A stretch of 64,000 nt of DNA from Nitrospirales bacterium (GTDB lineage Bacteria > Nitrospirota > Nitrospiria > Nitrospirales > UBA8639), in NCBI GenBank assembly GCA_965203295.1, contig CBDBCZ010000016.1, positions 1,280,001 through 1,344,000 of the forward strand, written 5' to 3'. A program made the position numbers and the translations under genes. Position 1 is the first letter of the stretch; each line of letters starts with the position of its first letter. The notes under the pieces were generated by a model, which was not told where the DNA came from, did no database searches, and worked only from the letters and a program-made list of their open reading frames with translations. Below, piece by piece: positions 12,766-25,457 of this stretch.

Positions 12766-14280
12766 CTGGAAGCATGAAAACAGTGCTTCAGTAGCTGCTT
12801 AAGAAACAAGAAGTCAAAGCAAGACAATATGAGTACATTAATACACTCCCAAGTATAACGTCTGAAATTAAAAGATCTATAATTCATTCTGAAAATGTTG
12901 ATTTTTACGATTTTCTTTCATGACCCAAAGTTCGTACGGTCACTGTACAAACTCTCGGTTATGAAGTAATACTTCAGTAGACTCTTCAATTAAGAGCACA
13001 GGAGAGATGTCCTTTCTACAGCCTCTGCTGCAGGACTTAGCCACATACATGCCGAGAGAAAAGATTTGTTTGGTAAATCACGTGATATGTACATGGTTTG
13101 CATCTCCCCTGGGAGCATAATAGAATACAGTCTCTCTCTGCTCATTACTGCTCACCTGCCTCAAATGCTATTTAATGAGTGGTCCCCATCAGCCCGAACA
13201 ATTCAAGAATCTTGGTTCCTTTAGTGTATCATAAAAGTTTATGCATAAATCGGGTCTCTCTCTATAACTAATCTCTTCCTGGAGTACACCTAAATTGATA
13301 AAAAGCGAAATCTAGAGGGACTGCAAAATATTATGGGAAGAAATCTGTTAAACACAAAGTAAATGGGTGATGCATCGATGTGGCGTCTAAAGCTGTTTTG
13401 AGGGGTATGTAACAGTCGATGGGAATGAAAACCGATGTGTGCAGCTCCTAGCTCACTCGAAGTTTAAAAGTTTGATACGATCTTCCTCTCAAATGGGAGG
13501 ACAACGAGATCTCACTTTTGTCCATTACACATTGTTAGCAAACCTAGAGTAGCTGTAGCTAGTGATAATTAATTCTGATGTTGAGAGGTGCAGAAAGCCA
13601 CTTCCAGAATATTAAAACCACTGGAGTACTAACCGATAATGATGATGATTCACTATTAGTAGGGTGCAAACCACCTCATAAATTAGCTAAATGGTATGAT
13701 AGAACAACAGAATTTTAGCTCTTATAAGACCATGTGAAATTGTTGTCAGCATGTGTGAGATCATGTTGATCGGAGTTCTCTTTCTACCAACCACGAATTG
13801 GCTTCTCAAATGTTTCGACTGCTGGGCTGCAGTACAATGATGTCTGCCCTGATGAAGACTGCAGCCCAGCTAGTAAGATCCCATACAGCTGAAGATGTGC
13901 ATATACTAAATGGCTCAGAGCATGGACAGCTCTAGCCTTCTTCCTAGGCTCAACTTCCAGCATTCTATCACTCCATGTATAAAACCACATAAAACGGTGC
14001 AACAGAAAGCTGGGGAGTGGAGCCTGGGAACAAGGCTAGGATAGCTCAATGCAACCACAATTGCACTGTAAACTGCACCCTTTGACCTTAAATGCATTCC
14101 TGAGCAGCTTGCCACAAACGATATGAACAAGTTTCAGGATTCATACCTCAACCTAATTAACATGCCTATGTACTGAATCATTGCTCAGTGATTCCCCTAG
14201 TCTGCACGCCAGGCCCCTTTTAGAGACAGGGAATAGCACACTAGACTATGACTCTATGCATATAGTAATCATAGTGAATA

Positions 14281-16116
14281 ATGGATAGAATTTACTTCTT
14301 CATTGTAGCAGTAACTCTGAGTAATTTGGTACCTCAGGAGTGTGATGCTATCCAGTGTACTGACGAGGAGAACTGCAACTTCGACAGTCAAGCATCAAGT
14401 GAAGTAGATGGTAACACCAGTTGCGTGAACACCTGGTTCCTTCAAGTCCCCGATGATGACCATACCTGTGAGTGTGGTAGTACTGTAGGGAGTAAAGTGA
14501 GATGCGACAATGCCACCAAGGAAGTGGATATTCTCGACTGCTACTGCATGACATACAGCGAGGACGACCACTCAACAGTGCTTGGACAGTGCTTGTACGG
14601 TTGTAATCATAAATCAAGTTACTACTCTCTCCCGTCCAATATTTCTCAGCTCAATGGAAAAGTTTGTGGATGGCTTAATCGTGAAGGTCAATTGTGTGGC
14701 AGATGCAAAGACGGTTTCGCACCAGCAGTATATTCCTACAGTTTAAGCTGTGTAGAATGCAAGGAATATCATTACAACTGGGTGAAATATGCAGTGATTT
14801 CATTATTACCCCTAACTGTATTCTTTTTTGTAGTCACACTTTCTGGGATTAAACTTCTTTCTGGTGCGTGGTCTGCTTTCATCTTAATCAGTCAGATAAT
14901 GTCAACACCGCTTCTAATGCGTGTTATACTGCTACATGGTAACAAGGCATTCCAGTTCACTTTAGCCATTCTTAGTGTACCCTATGGTGTCTCAAATCTC
15001 GATTTTTTTCGTCTTTTGTACTCACCTTTTTGCCTACATCCTCATATGTCCACCATCCAGGCTTTAGCATTGGACTACATTATAGCGATTTATCCCCTGG
15101 CCCTAATTGTAATCACTTACTTTCTGGTTATACTGCACGATAACAATGTAAGGGTAATTTTGTGGATATGGAAGCCCTTTCATTACTGCTCTGTTCATTT
15201 TAGAAGGAACTGGAATATCAAAAGTTCGTTAGTTCATTCTTTTGCTACCTTCATTATGTTATCCTACATCAAATTTTTGGATGTATCTATCAATCTTTTG
15301 ATTCCAGTACATGTTTTTAATATCCATGGAGAATCTGTTGGGCTGTATCTCCTTTATGACACCGCAGTGAATTATTTCAGCAAACAGCACCTTCCATATG
15401 CATTCCTGGCCTTTGGAGCATTGCTGACTTTTAATATATTCCCAGTCCTACTATTAGGCTTGTATCCCTGTCAATGCTTCCAGAAATGCTTGAACTGTTG
15501 CAGGCTTGGCCGCTGTCAGGCACTGCATATATTCATGGATGCCTTTCAGGGTTGCTGCAAGGATGGAACAAATGGTACAAAAGATTGTAGGTGGTATGTA
15601 GCATTGCACCTGTGGGTTCGAATTACATTATTCTTTGTGACTGCAATAACTCTTTCAACTTCATGGTTGCCTTTTGTTACATTTGTTATCATCATTATGT
15701 TGATTTTAGTTACTGTATTCCATCCCTACAAGTCACGTACTTCCAACACTGTTGAATCTATCTTACTTCTTGTATCAGTTTTCAATCTAGTGTCAGGCAT
15801 GGGACATATATATATAGCAAAATCACAGATTCAGATCCACAAAGTGTTGGATATAATTGGTAGTGTTTCACTGACTGTTCCACTCATGTATGCACTTGGA
15901 GTCTCAGTATACAGGCTGCTGTCTCGTAGCTACTGCGTACAAGTCTATGGAAAGGTTAAGAATTGGCTACGGTGCTACTGCAAAGATTCAATTGCTCATG
16001 CATACTCACAGGAGTCATTGCCAGACAGAATAGCTTATGACCATCCAGAAGAGAACACAGCCCTACTACCTGTGCCAGTGCAATGGAATAACGACTCTGA
16101 CGCTACTTATTATTAG
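14281..16116 (+). CDS. Cys-rich ectodomain multi-pass membrane protein, paralogue 3 (611 aa, single coding exon)
   Basis: Uninterrupted ORF with hydrophobic N-terminus, Cys motifs (CECG, CYCMT, NREGQLCGRCK, CVEC), roughly 8-9 hydrophobic segments, DAFQGC.KDGT..DCRWY loop and SLPDRI..EENTALL tail, all shared with the other copies. Confidence 0.9.
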   Translation: MDRIYFFIVAVTLSNLVPQECDAIQCTDEENCNFDSQASSEVDGNTSCVNTWFLQVPDDDHTCECGSTVGSKVRCDNATKEVDILDCYCMTYSEDDHSTVLGQCLYGCNHKSSYYSLPSNISQLNGKVCGWLNREGQLCGRCKDGFAPAVYSYSLSCVECKEYHYNWVKYAVISLLPLTVFFFVVTLSGIKLLSGAWSAFILISQIMSTPLLMRVILLHGNKAFQFTLAILSVPYGVSNLDFFRLLYSPFCLHPHMSTIQALALDYIIAIYPLALIVITYFLVILHDNNVRVILWIWKPFHYCSVHFRRNWNIKSSLVHSFATFIMLSYIKFLDVSINLLIPVHVFNIHGESVGLYLLYDTAVNYFSKQHLPYAFLAFGALLTFNIFPVLLLGLYPCQCFQKCLNCCRLGRCQALHIFMDAFQGCCKDGTNGTKDCRWYVALHLWVRITLFFVTAITLSTSWLPFVTFVIIIMLILVTVFHPYKSRTSNTVESILLLVSVFNLVSGMGHIYIAKSQIQIHKVLDIIGSVSLTVPLMYALGVSVYRLLSRSYCVQVYGKVKNWLRCYCKDSIAHAYSQESLPDRIAYDHPEENTALLPVPVQWNNDSDATYY

Positions 16117-17202
16117 TCCTACAGTCTGGCTCGTGAGACAAACTTATTAACTTGGACAGACTCTGAAAGAACAAGATAACGATGTATATAAGGCCCTTAA
16201 AGCTCATTGTGATTGCATACATGAATATAGTATTAGTTATTTGACTATAATGTGCATTTACTCTGCTACTTTCTATTTCTGAATATTCTATTATATGTCT
16301 GAGAACAAACTATGCATAAACAGCAACCACAAGTGCAATGTAAAATCCCCTCTGAACCTTAATGCATTCTTCAGCATGCAGCCTGCCACCAACAATGATC
16401 TGTTTCAGCAATCATACCTCAGCCTAATCAACATGCATGAGCATTGCAATCGATACTCATGCAGTGACTTGCCTGGAATAATAATTATAGTAATCACATA
16501 TTTCTATACGTATAGCCAGTACTATACGAACAGAAAGCTGGAATATGCTGCACCCACTTTATAGTGAGAATCCACTCACTAGTAGCTGTTTTGTGATAGC
16601 GGACACACACAGCTCCAAGACAAACTTGCTATTTTAGGCGTTATCATTTACCATTGTTTAAGTGGAAACTATAATCCTCAGTCTCCACGGCCTGCTTTAT
16701 TTTCTCTGTACATTGGGAAAAGGTGGCAATGGATATTGGGAACGAGGCTTGGAATACACAACTAGTCATGTGCTTTCAAATTGCTGTGCTGGTATGCATT
16801 AATCGTTGACAATATATGTGCATATTCTATTTCTGTTGAATAGTGTTCAGTATGCGTGATGACAAACTATACAAAAAAGCCAAAACAGCCGGCCACCACA
16901 ACTGCACTGTAAATCCCCTTTGAACTTTAAATGCATTCCTCTGCAGCTAACCACCTACAATGAATAGATTCAGTAATCATACCTCAGCCTAATGAACTGA
17001 AACATTACTCAGTGACTCTCCTAGTCTCACATGCCAGCCCCCTTTAAGGACTAGCACATAAGACTATATGGATGACTCTTGGCATACTATAGTAATCACA
17101 TCTATCGATAGCTGCACTCAACATCCAGTTTATAGTGAGAATCCACTCATTGGCAGCTTTCAACAAGGTATATAATCATGTATAATTAAAAAGTGAATGG
17201 AG

Positions 17203-19421
17203 TCACTTTGACATCATAGCAAGGGAGATAAGAGGGTTCTGAGTACTGAAATACTTGTTGTAGTCCACCCTGAGCAGCAGCTGTGCCAGGTGAGGGGCAG
17301 AGTGGTGGTTCTTGACACTAGACACTATCTTGAAGAAAAGGGAAGACTGACGCTTGAAGTCCTGTGTGCAGTGTGTGAGTACATGTGTTGGAGTCGCCGT
17401 ATACACTGTTAAAATAGAAATGCCATACCGACTAGTGGGTTGTTGTTTCAGTTTCAACATGCATGTGAATAACTGCAGCAACATCACTTTCCTCTGAGTC
17501 TTCCTTTACCTACTTCTACATGGTTTCACCATAGCGATGCACTTTCATTACGTAGCAAATGCTTTCGCATTCTTGACCCAAAACAATGAATCTGTATCCA
17601 TGGCATTCTTGACCCAAAACAATGAATCTGTATCCATGCGTGTGATGTATTGAAACTCAAGGAGTATTCAGTAGTGATAGGGAATCTAAGACTGTGCATT
17701 TATTCAAGCCAAACTACTTCTGCAGCTTTTACTAGTTAGGCATATTATTAATCCTGTTTCGTTGCTTTAATTCTGCAGCTGTTTTACCAGCCAGGCATAA
17801 TATTGCTTAGTGATAGTAATATACTCATGTTGCTGCCGTAGCGCTTACGCTATTGACCACACACCCACATACGCAGGCGGAGCTTATAATATTGCTTAGT
17901 ACTGTGAGGTCAATAATTGTGTACGATATAGGGTTCAGAATCTCAGCTACTGCATGTAATTTCTGTCCGTCACACTTTCCTAGCCAAGTGTGTTCAAAAC
18001 GATGTCTCAGGCTGATACGTTAATGACATCTCTGACGCTGTGGCGCATAAACAGTTATAGAGATCTGGACAAGTCTACTACATCTTTCTATCAAGTAAGG
18101 CATATTACAGCTTCCATGTTAGTAGAGTTTGTGTGGCCGCTCTGTAAACATACATATGAGGGCTGAATACTGACAGCACAAATCAATCGATAAGTAGCTA
18201 AGTTTCGGGTAACATTGCATGCATGCAGTGCGCTATGGCCCCTTTATCAGCTCTCCTGTGGCAGCCATGGCTGATCCACTGAAATTTGTTGCAGACTAGC
18301 TAAGATGTTTACTAGTCTCCAGATCACCAGATGTTTATCTCAACTGTCATCTCGCATGCATGCTGTGTACATCTATCAATCTACATAAGACATAGTGTGC
18401 TTGTATATACCCTTTTGGGGCTTCAATTCTGCTGTATTTTACAAGCAGGCACTACAAGTGCTACCTGTGCAATACATTAGCGTAACTGTCACCTATTTTA
18501 CAGTTTCCAGCAAACTGAAAATAAAGTGACGGTTACAGCACTATATACAAATGTTGACCAATTGAACAGAAACTCGAAGAAAGTTTAAACACCATATGAT
18601 ATAGAGCAAACATAAAGTCTTTCTCATTCCTCTTTTATACATGTATGTCCACTTCAATGTGCATATAATTATGCATCTCTATCACTGCACACTGCAGTTA
18701 CTGCATCGTTAGGCACATACACGTGCTCAAGTTTGCCCCATGATAATGCCCTGCGTTTGCCTATTACATACTCTATTGGTGAAGGGTCTTAACACATAAA
18801 CACACACCTTTGCAATCTGTTCCACCCTAGCCTTCTCTTCAACAGTCAATTGCAGTTTGTCGCATCGCTGCAGCAGGGATACAAATGCGTTGCACAAATC
18901 CAGAATCTCACGTAAGCACCGAGAGACCTGGATGAGAAGGCAAAAACCAAAACACAAGTCATCCCTTTACTAAATACCATAACACTACATGCCACACACC
19001 CACAAACCCAGGTGGATCTATTGATAATCACAATCAGTTGTTATGAAAAAGATTACATGTATATAATGCTAATCTCCATTCCATGTGTATTACATTACAT
19101 AATACGTAACAAATTTTGGCCTCTAGCTTATACAACCAATCATCTTGATTGTCACAAACTGTGTTCGTAAACCTTGTGAAAGCTTAGCCTAGCTATACAG
19201 TAGTGCTTCAAGTCTAGAAACTTCAGCTACGTATCTGCAATGGGTTCAAGACATGCTTTGCGTGTCAGCTGACTGTGGTGACTTACAGCTGGAAGGAGGA
19301 GGAATAGCTGTGACTGAAGAGTGGTGACGAAGCTCTCGTGAGCGTGCTTGATGGTCTCAAAGTTGTGGGTGGAATTAATCTTCTCCTGTAGCTGGGAAAA
19401 CTGAGTCTCCAACACGTCAAC
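17203..19421 (-). pseudogene. Orphan duplicate of TUBGCP4 exons 14-16 (19421-19287, 18927-18808, 17361-17203)
   Basis: Open exons with AG/GT retained, ending ...LISLAMMSK*; no 5' exons. Confidence 0.85.
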
Positions 19422-22400
19422 CTGGAAGCATGAAAACAGTGCTTCAGTAGCTGCTTAAGAAACAAGAAGTCAAAGCGAGACAATATGAGTACATCAATAC
19501 ACTCCCAAGTATAACGTCTGAAATTAAAAGATCTATAATTCATTCTGAAAATGTTGATTTTTACGATTTTCTTTCATGACCCAAAGTTCGTACGGTCACT
19601 GTACAAACTCTCGGTTATGAAGTAATACTTCAGTAGACTCTTCAATTAAGAGCACAGGAGAGATGTCCTTTCTACAGCCTCTGCTGCAGGACTTAGCCAC
19701 ATACATGCCGAGAGAAAAGATTTGTTTGGTAAATCACGTGATATGTACATGGTTTGCATCTCCCCTGGGAGCATAATAGAATACAGTCTCTCTCTGCTCA
19801 TTACTGCTCACCTGCCTCAAATGCTATTTAATGAGTGGTCCCCATCAGCCCGAACAATTCAAGAATCTTGGTTCCTTTAGTGTATCATAAAAGTTTATGC
19901 ATAAATCGGGTCTCTCTCTATAACTAATCTCTTCCTGGAGTACACCTAAATTGGTAAAAAGCGAAATCTAGAGGGACTGCAAAATATTATGGGAAGAAAT
20001 CTGTTAAACACAAAGTAAATGGGTGATGCATCGATGTGGCGTCTAAAGCTGTTTTGAGGGGTATGTAACAGTCGATGGGAATGAAAACCGATGTGTGCAG
20101 CTCCTAGCTCACTCGAAGTTTAAAAGTTTGATACGATCTTCCTCTCAAATGGGAGGACAACAAAAAATTGAGATCTCACTTTTGTCCATTACACATTGTT
20201 AGCAAACCTAGAGTAGCTGTAGCTAGTGATAATTAATTCTGATGTTGAGAGGTGCAGAAAGCCACTTCCAGAATATTAAAACCACTGGAGTACTAATCGA
20301 TAATGATGATGATTCACTATTAGTAGGGTGCAAACCACCTCATAAATTAGCTAAATGGTATGATAGAACAACAGACTTTTAGCTCTTATAAGACCATGTG
20401 AAATTGTTGTCAGCATGTGTGAGATCATGTTGATCGGAGTTCTCTTTCTACCAACAACGAATTGGCTTCTCAAATGTTTCGACTGCTGGGCTGCAGTACA
20501 ATGATGTCTGCCCTGATGAAGACTGCAGCTAGTAAGATCCCATACAGCTGAAGATGTGCATATACTAAATGGCTCAGAGCATGGACAGCTCTAGCCTTCT
20601 TCCTAGGCTCAACTTCCAGCATTCTATCACTCCATGTATAAAACCACATAAAACGGTGCAACAGAAAGCTGGGGAGTGGTGCCTGGGAACAAGGCTAGGA
20701 TAGCTCAATGCAACCACAATTGCACTGTAAACTGCACCCTTTGACCTTAAATGCATTCCTGAGCAGCTTGCCACAAACGATATGAACAAGTTTCAGGATT
20801 CATACCTCAACCTAATTAACATGCCTATGTACTGAATCATTGCTCAGTGATTCCCCTAGTCTGCACGCCAGGCCCCTTTTAGAGACAGGGAATAGCACAC
20901 TAGACTATGACTCTATGCATATAGTAATCATAGTGAATAATGGATAGAATTTACTTCTTCATTGTAGCAGTAACTCTGAGTAATTTGGTACCTCAGGAGT
21001 GTGATGCTATCCAGTGTACTGACGAGGAGAACTGCAACTTCGACAGTCAAGCATCAAGTGAAGTAGATGGTAACACCAGTTGCGTGAACACCTGGTTCCT
21101 TCAAGTCCCCGATGATGACCATACCTGTGAGTGTGGTAGTACTGTAGGGAGTAAAGTGAGATGCGACAATGCCACCAAGGAAGTGGATATTCTCGACTGC
21201 TACTGCATGACATACAGTGAGGACGACCACTCAACAGTGATTGGACAGTGCTTGTACGGTTGTAATCATAAATCAAGTTACTACTCTCTCCCGTCCAATA
21301 TTTCTCAGCTCAATGGAAAAGTTTGTGGATGGCTTAATCGTGAAGGTCAATTGTGTGGCAGATGCAAAGACGGTTTCGCACCAGCAGTATATTCCTACAG
21401 TTTAAGCTGTGTAGAATGCAAGGAATATCATTACAACTGGGTGAAATATGCAGTGATTTCATTATTACCCCTAACTGTATTCTTTTTTGTAGTCACACTT
21501 TCTGGGATTAAACTTCTTTCTGGTGCGTGGTCTGCTTTCATCTTAATCAGTCAGATAATGTCAACACCGCTTCTAATGCGTGTTATACTGCTACATGGTA
21601 ACAAGGCAGTCCAGTTCACTTTAGCCATTCTTAGTATACCCTATGGTGTCTCAAATCTCGATTTTTTTCGTCTTTTGTACTCACCTTTTTGCCTACATCC
21701 TCATATGTCCACCATCCAGGCTTTAGCATTGGACTACATTATAGCGATTTATCCCCTGGCCCTAATTGTAATCACTTACTTTCTGGTTATACTGCACGAT
21801 AACAATGTAAGGGTAATTTTGTGGATATGGAAGCCCTTTCATTACTGCTCTGTTCATTTTAGAAGGAACTGGAATATCAAAAGTTCGTTAGTTCATTCTT
21901 TTGCTACCTTCATTATGTTATCCTACATCAAATTTTTGGATGTATCTATCAATCTTTTGATTCCAGTACATGTTTTTAATATCCATGGAGAATCTGTTGG
22001 GCTGTATCTCCTTTATGACACCGCAGTGAATTATTTCAGCAAACAGCACCTTCCATATGCATTCCTGGCCTTTGGAGCATTGCTGACTTTTAATATATTC
22101 CCAGTCCTACTATTAGGCTTGTATCCCTGTCAATGCTTCCAGAAATGCTTGAACTGTTGCAGGCTTGGCCGCTGTCAGGCACTGCATATATTCATGGATG
22201 CCTTTCAGGGTTGCTGCAAGGATGGAACAAATGGTACAAAAGATTGTAGGTGGTATGTAGCATTGCACCTGTGGGTTCGAATTACATTATTCTTTGTGAC
22301 TGCAATAACTCTTTCAACTTCATGGTTGCCTTTTGTTACATTTGTTATCATCATTATGTTGATTTTAGTTACTGTATTCCATCCCTACAAGTCACGTACT

Positions 22401-22670
22401 TCCAACACTGTTGAATCTATCTTACTTCTTGTATCAGTTTTCAATCTAGTGTCAGGCATGGGACATATATATATAGCAAAATCACAGATTCAGATCCACA
22501 AAGTGTTGGATATAATTGGTAGTGTTTCACTGACTGTTCCACTCATGTATGCACTTGGAGTCTCAGTATACAGGCTGCTGTCTCGTAGCTACTGCGTACA
22601 AGTCTATGGAAAGGTTAAGAATTGGCTACGGTGCTACTGCAAAGATTCAATTGCTCACGCATACGGAAGC

Positions 22671-23028
22671 CCAGGGCGGACATCCAACTTCCACTTCTAC
22701 TTTCCACTCTCCACCTTCCATTTTCTCCTTCTGTGATAATATTTTCAATTTTCTATTTAATTTTACCTACTTCCATTTTCCATTTTGCATATTCCACTCT
22801 TTATAATGCATTTTGCCAGGGCGGACATCCAACCTCCACTTCTACTTTCCACTCTCCACCTTCCATTTTCTCCTTCTGTCCAGGGCGGACATCCAACTTC
22901 CACTTCTACCTTCCACTCTCCACCTTCCATTTTCTCCTTCTGTGATAATATTTTCAATTTTCTATTTAATTTTTCCTACTTCCATTTTCCATTTTGCATA
23001 TTCCACTCTTTACAATGCATTTTGCCAG
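22671..23028 (+). repeat. Subterminal direct repeats of the transposon (A-B-A-A-B), mirrored at ~31164-31521
   Basis: A ~64-bp pyrimidine-rich unit CCAGGGCGGACATCCAACTTCCACTTCTAC...TCCTTCTGT starts at 22671, 22816 and 22880; an ~81-bp AT-rich unit follows the first and third copies. Confidence 0.85.
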
Positions 23029-23133
23029 CATAGATTCCAGCAGTGGTAGAAATATTGTCTGCTGGCCATTTTAGATTCATTGTCAAGTTCCACTTCAGGC
23101 ATGTGACTATAGTTTTGTATAGTAACTAGAGAC

Positions 23134-25234
23134 ATGGAAGGAATCTCTTACTCTCCAGGCCTTCTGCAGCTGCCTAGCCAGCTACCTAGAAATGATTTAA
23201 TAGTGTACTATTCTCTTTGCGGATTGACAACGTCTGTCATTCAGCGATTCCTCAGCAACCATGGGCATCGCATAAGGTAATAAAACCTGTATAATGTATA
23301 TGAGAGTCAGTAGACTCTCTATGTAGCTAGGGATAATGTTAACACTCAAGATAGAGTTGCAGCAGCTAGCTACATCGATGCATCAAGTACGTAGCTACAC
23401 ACGGCAAATGATCATAGATTTTCTACCGTTCAGTGAACGACATGTAAGGAGGATCAGGAGAATGTTTGATGTCAGTGCTGCTAATCAAGAACCTCCACTA
23501 CCTGTAATAAGGACTGCCATTCAGGTTCATACAGCTAAACAGGAAAAAAAAAACCCTTGTCTTGAAAAAGCATGATGCATACCTTCTGTAAAGGCCACAG
23601 CTAGGAGTCTCATATACACTATGTAATAGGCTATTTAATTTTGTGGCAGCAAGAACTACAGGGATCTGGATCTCTTCTTGGGTACAGAGGAATGTGGAAT
23701 CGGCTGCGTTTAACTCATCAGTTATCTGTTAGAAGGTATACTATATCAGAAATTATAGTTTTGTGGTAAATCGATCATCATGCCATCCCTGCAGGAACAC
23801 GATAATGATGCTGCTACCATTACTAGATCCAGCAGGTAGTAAAGAACGTTCGTGCAGGAGGCTGAAGAGAAGACTGTATCGCAGCAAAGTAAGCATGATT
23901 GTAAGCAAGCCTGTTGATATCCAGTGGTTTATTAACAGTCATGCACTACTTTCTTCAAGGGTCCAAACTTTCTGTGGCACGTCGATGGCAATGATAAACT
24001 CAAACCCTATGGCATTACCATTCATGGATGCATCGACGGGTAGGTTCATTTGATTGACATTAGACTAGCCAGATGTATCTGTATTATTATTACACTTCTC
24101 TCTCTGCACGTATGTACATACCTATAAGCTATTCTAGGCGAATTATGTGGATGAAGTGTGGGTACACCAACAACAACCCTAGGGTCATAGCACAGCACTA
24201 CATTGATACTGTACGCTATGTTCAAGGTATGCCAAATAGTCTGTATAGGCTAAAATTGCTACAGTTATCAAGGTCTTATGTATGCAGGTGTCCCCAGCCT
24301 AATGAGGGTAGACAGAGGAACCGAGAATTCAATTATTGCCTTTGTCCAGCCCACCCTTCGTAGTCAGCATTCTGATGATCTTTCTGGAGAGAACAGTTTC
24401 AGATATGGCCGTTCATCATCGAACCAGGTACATCACATACGTGACATTGTATACATGTACAACAAAACCTATATAACCCATTTTGTATTACTGCCAGCGA
24501 ATTGAAGCATGGTGGGGCTTTCTTAGAGCACGAATGACAGACTGGTGGATTACATTTTTTCGCGTAAGCAAAGCAAATACTGTTAAAGTTTAGTTCACAT
24601 AATATTATAGTGTTTAGGTAGCGTTTGCTTTTTTTCTGCATGCTAATTGTTGTTCATAGCTTCCACATCTGCCTTTCTATACTATTGCAGGATTTACGGA
24701 TGCATGGTGATTTTGATGACTCTCTACCTCATCACCTGTATGGATTGTAATTACAGTAATTATTTTGCACACTTATTACGTGTAATATCCTGAATTTCAG
24801 GGAAGCTGTAAGGTTCTGTTTTGGACCAATCATTCAAAAGGAAATTGATATTCTTGTTCACGAGTGGAATTACCATCGCATCCGGGAAAGTCGAAACACC
24901 GAGACCCCTGGTGGAATCCCTGAAGTACTGTACTTCCTTCCAGAGATGAATGGTCTGACCAGAAATTTTAATAGCAACACTGCAAATAATTATTATAGTA
25001 AACTTCACTGTAGGTGCAGAAGACCATAAATTTTCAGTTGATCTTGACCTACTGGATTATGCTGAAACCAACTACGGCTTTCCAAACAGTTGCGAAGCAC
25101 ACTTCTGCCAAAGTGAAGAGTTTGCAGCGTATGGAACTAAAGTTTTGGAAGATTACAGTCTGCATCATCCTGTATCGTGGCAAGAAGCTCTTCAACTGTA
25201 TTTTCTGTTGCTAAATGACATTGACAGCATGTAA
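23134..25234 (+). CDS. IS3/IS481-like DDE transposase, left arm, 11 exons, ~405 aa
   Basis: GT-AG exons 23134-23276, 23434-23524, 23650-23735, 23795-23888, 23960-24039, 24129-24226, 24288-24427, 24498-24563, 24691-24737, 24801-24952, 25014-25234 total 1218 nt and stay in frame. Motifs LGYRGMWNRL, GPNFLWHVDGNDKLKPYGITIHGCIDGYSRRIMW, RVDRGTEN, SSSNQRIEAWW, EWNYHRIR give candidate catalytic D, D and E. Confidence 0.88.
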
Positions 25235-25457
25235 ATCTTCAATCAAGCACATTTATAGCAAAATGCACAAATAAATAACTGCAAAGTGGTCAACTCAGGA
25301 TTTTGCATTTATGAATGCCTGTTTGCACAGTGCAGACATGGGTATTTGCCTTCGTAAATATGGATTGGAACATCAATCGCTAGATATATAGATGGAGTTC
25401 TCATCGGCGGAAGAGCACTTGCATACATTATCATGATCCGAACTTCCTCTCCTCCTG

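Larger units (their letters stand above)
10482..22661. repeat. Recent tandem segmental duplication, period ~6.66-6.73 kb (second unit continues at 31537 to ~32745)
   Basis: ORF pairs offset by 6656-6659 bp (12071/18727, 12571/19227, 14281/20940) with near-identical non-coding sequence; 16295-16564 recurs at 31833-32102. Confidence 0.92.

Noticed and set aside
16295..16564. 89-aa ORF repeated identically at 31833-32102
   Set aside because: No recognisable motifs, not preserved behind the older paralogues, and identity is explained by the recent duplication.
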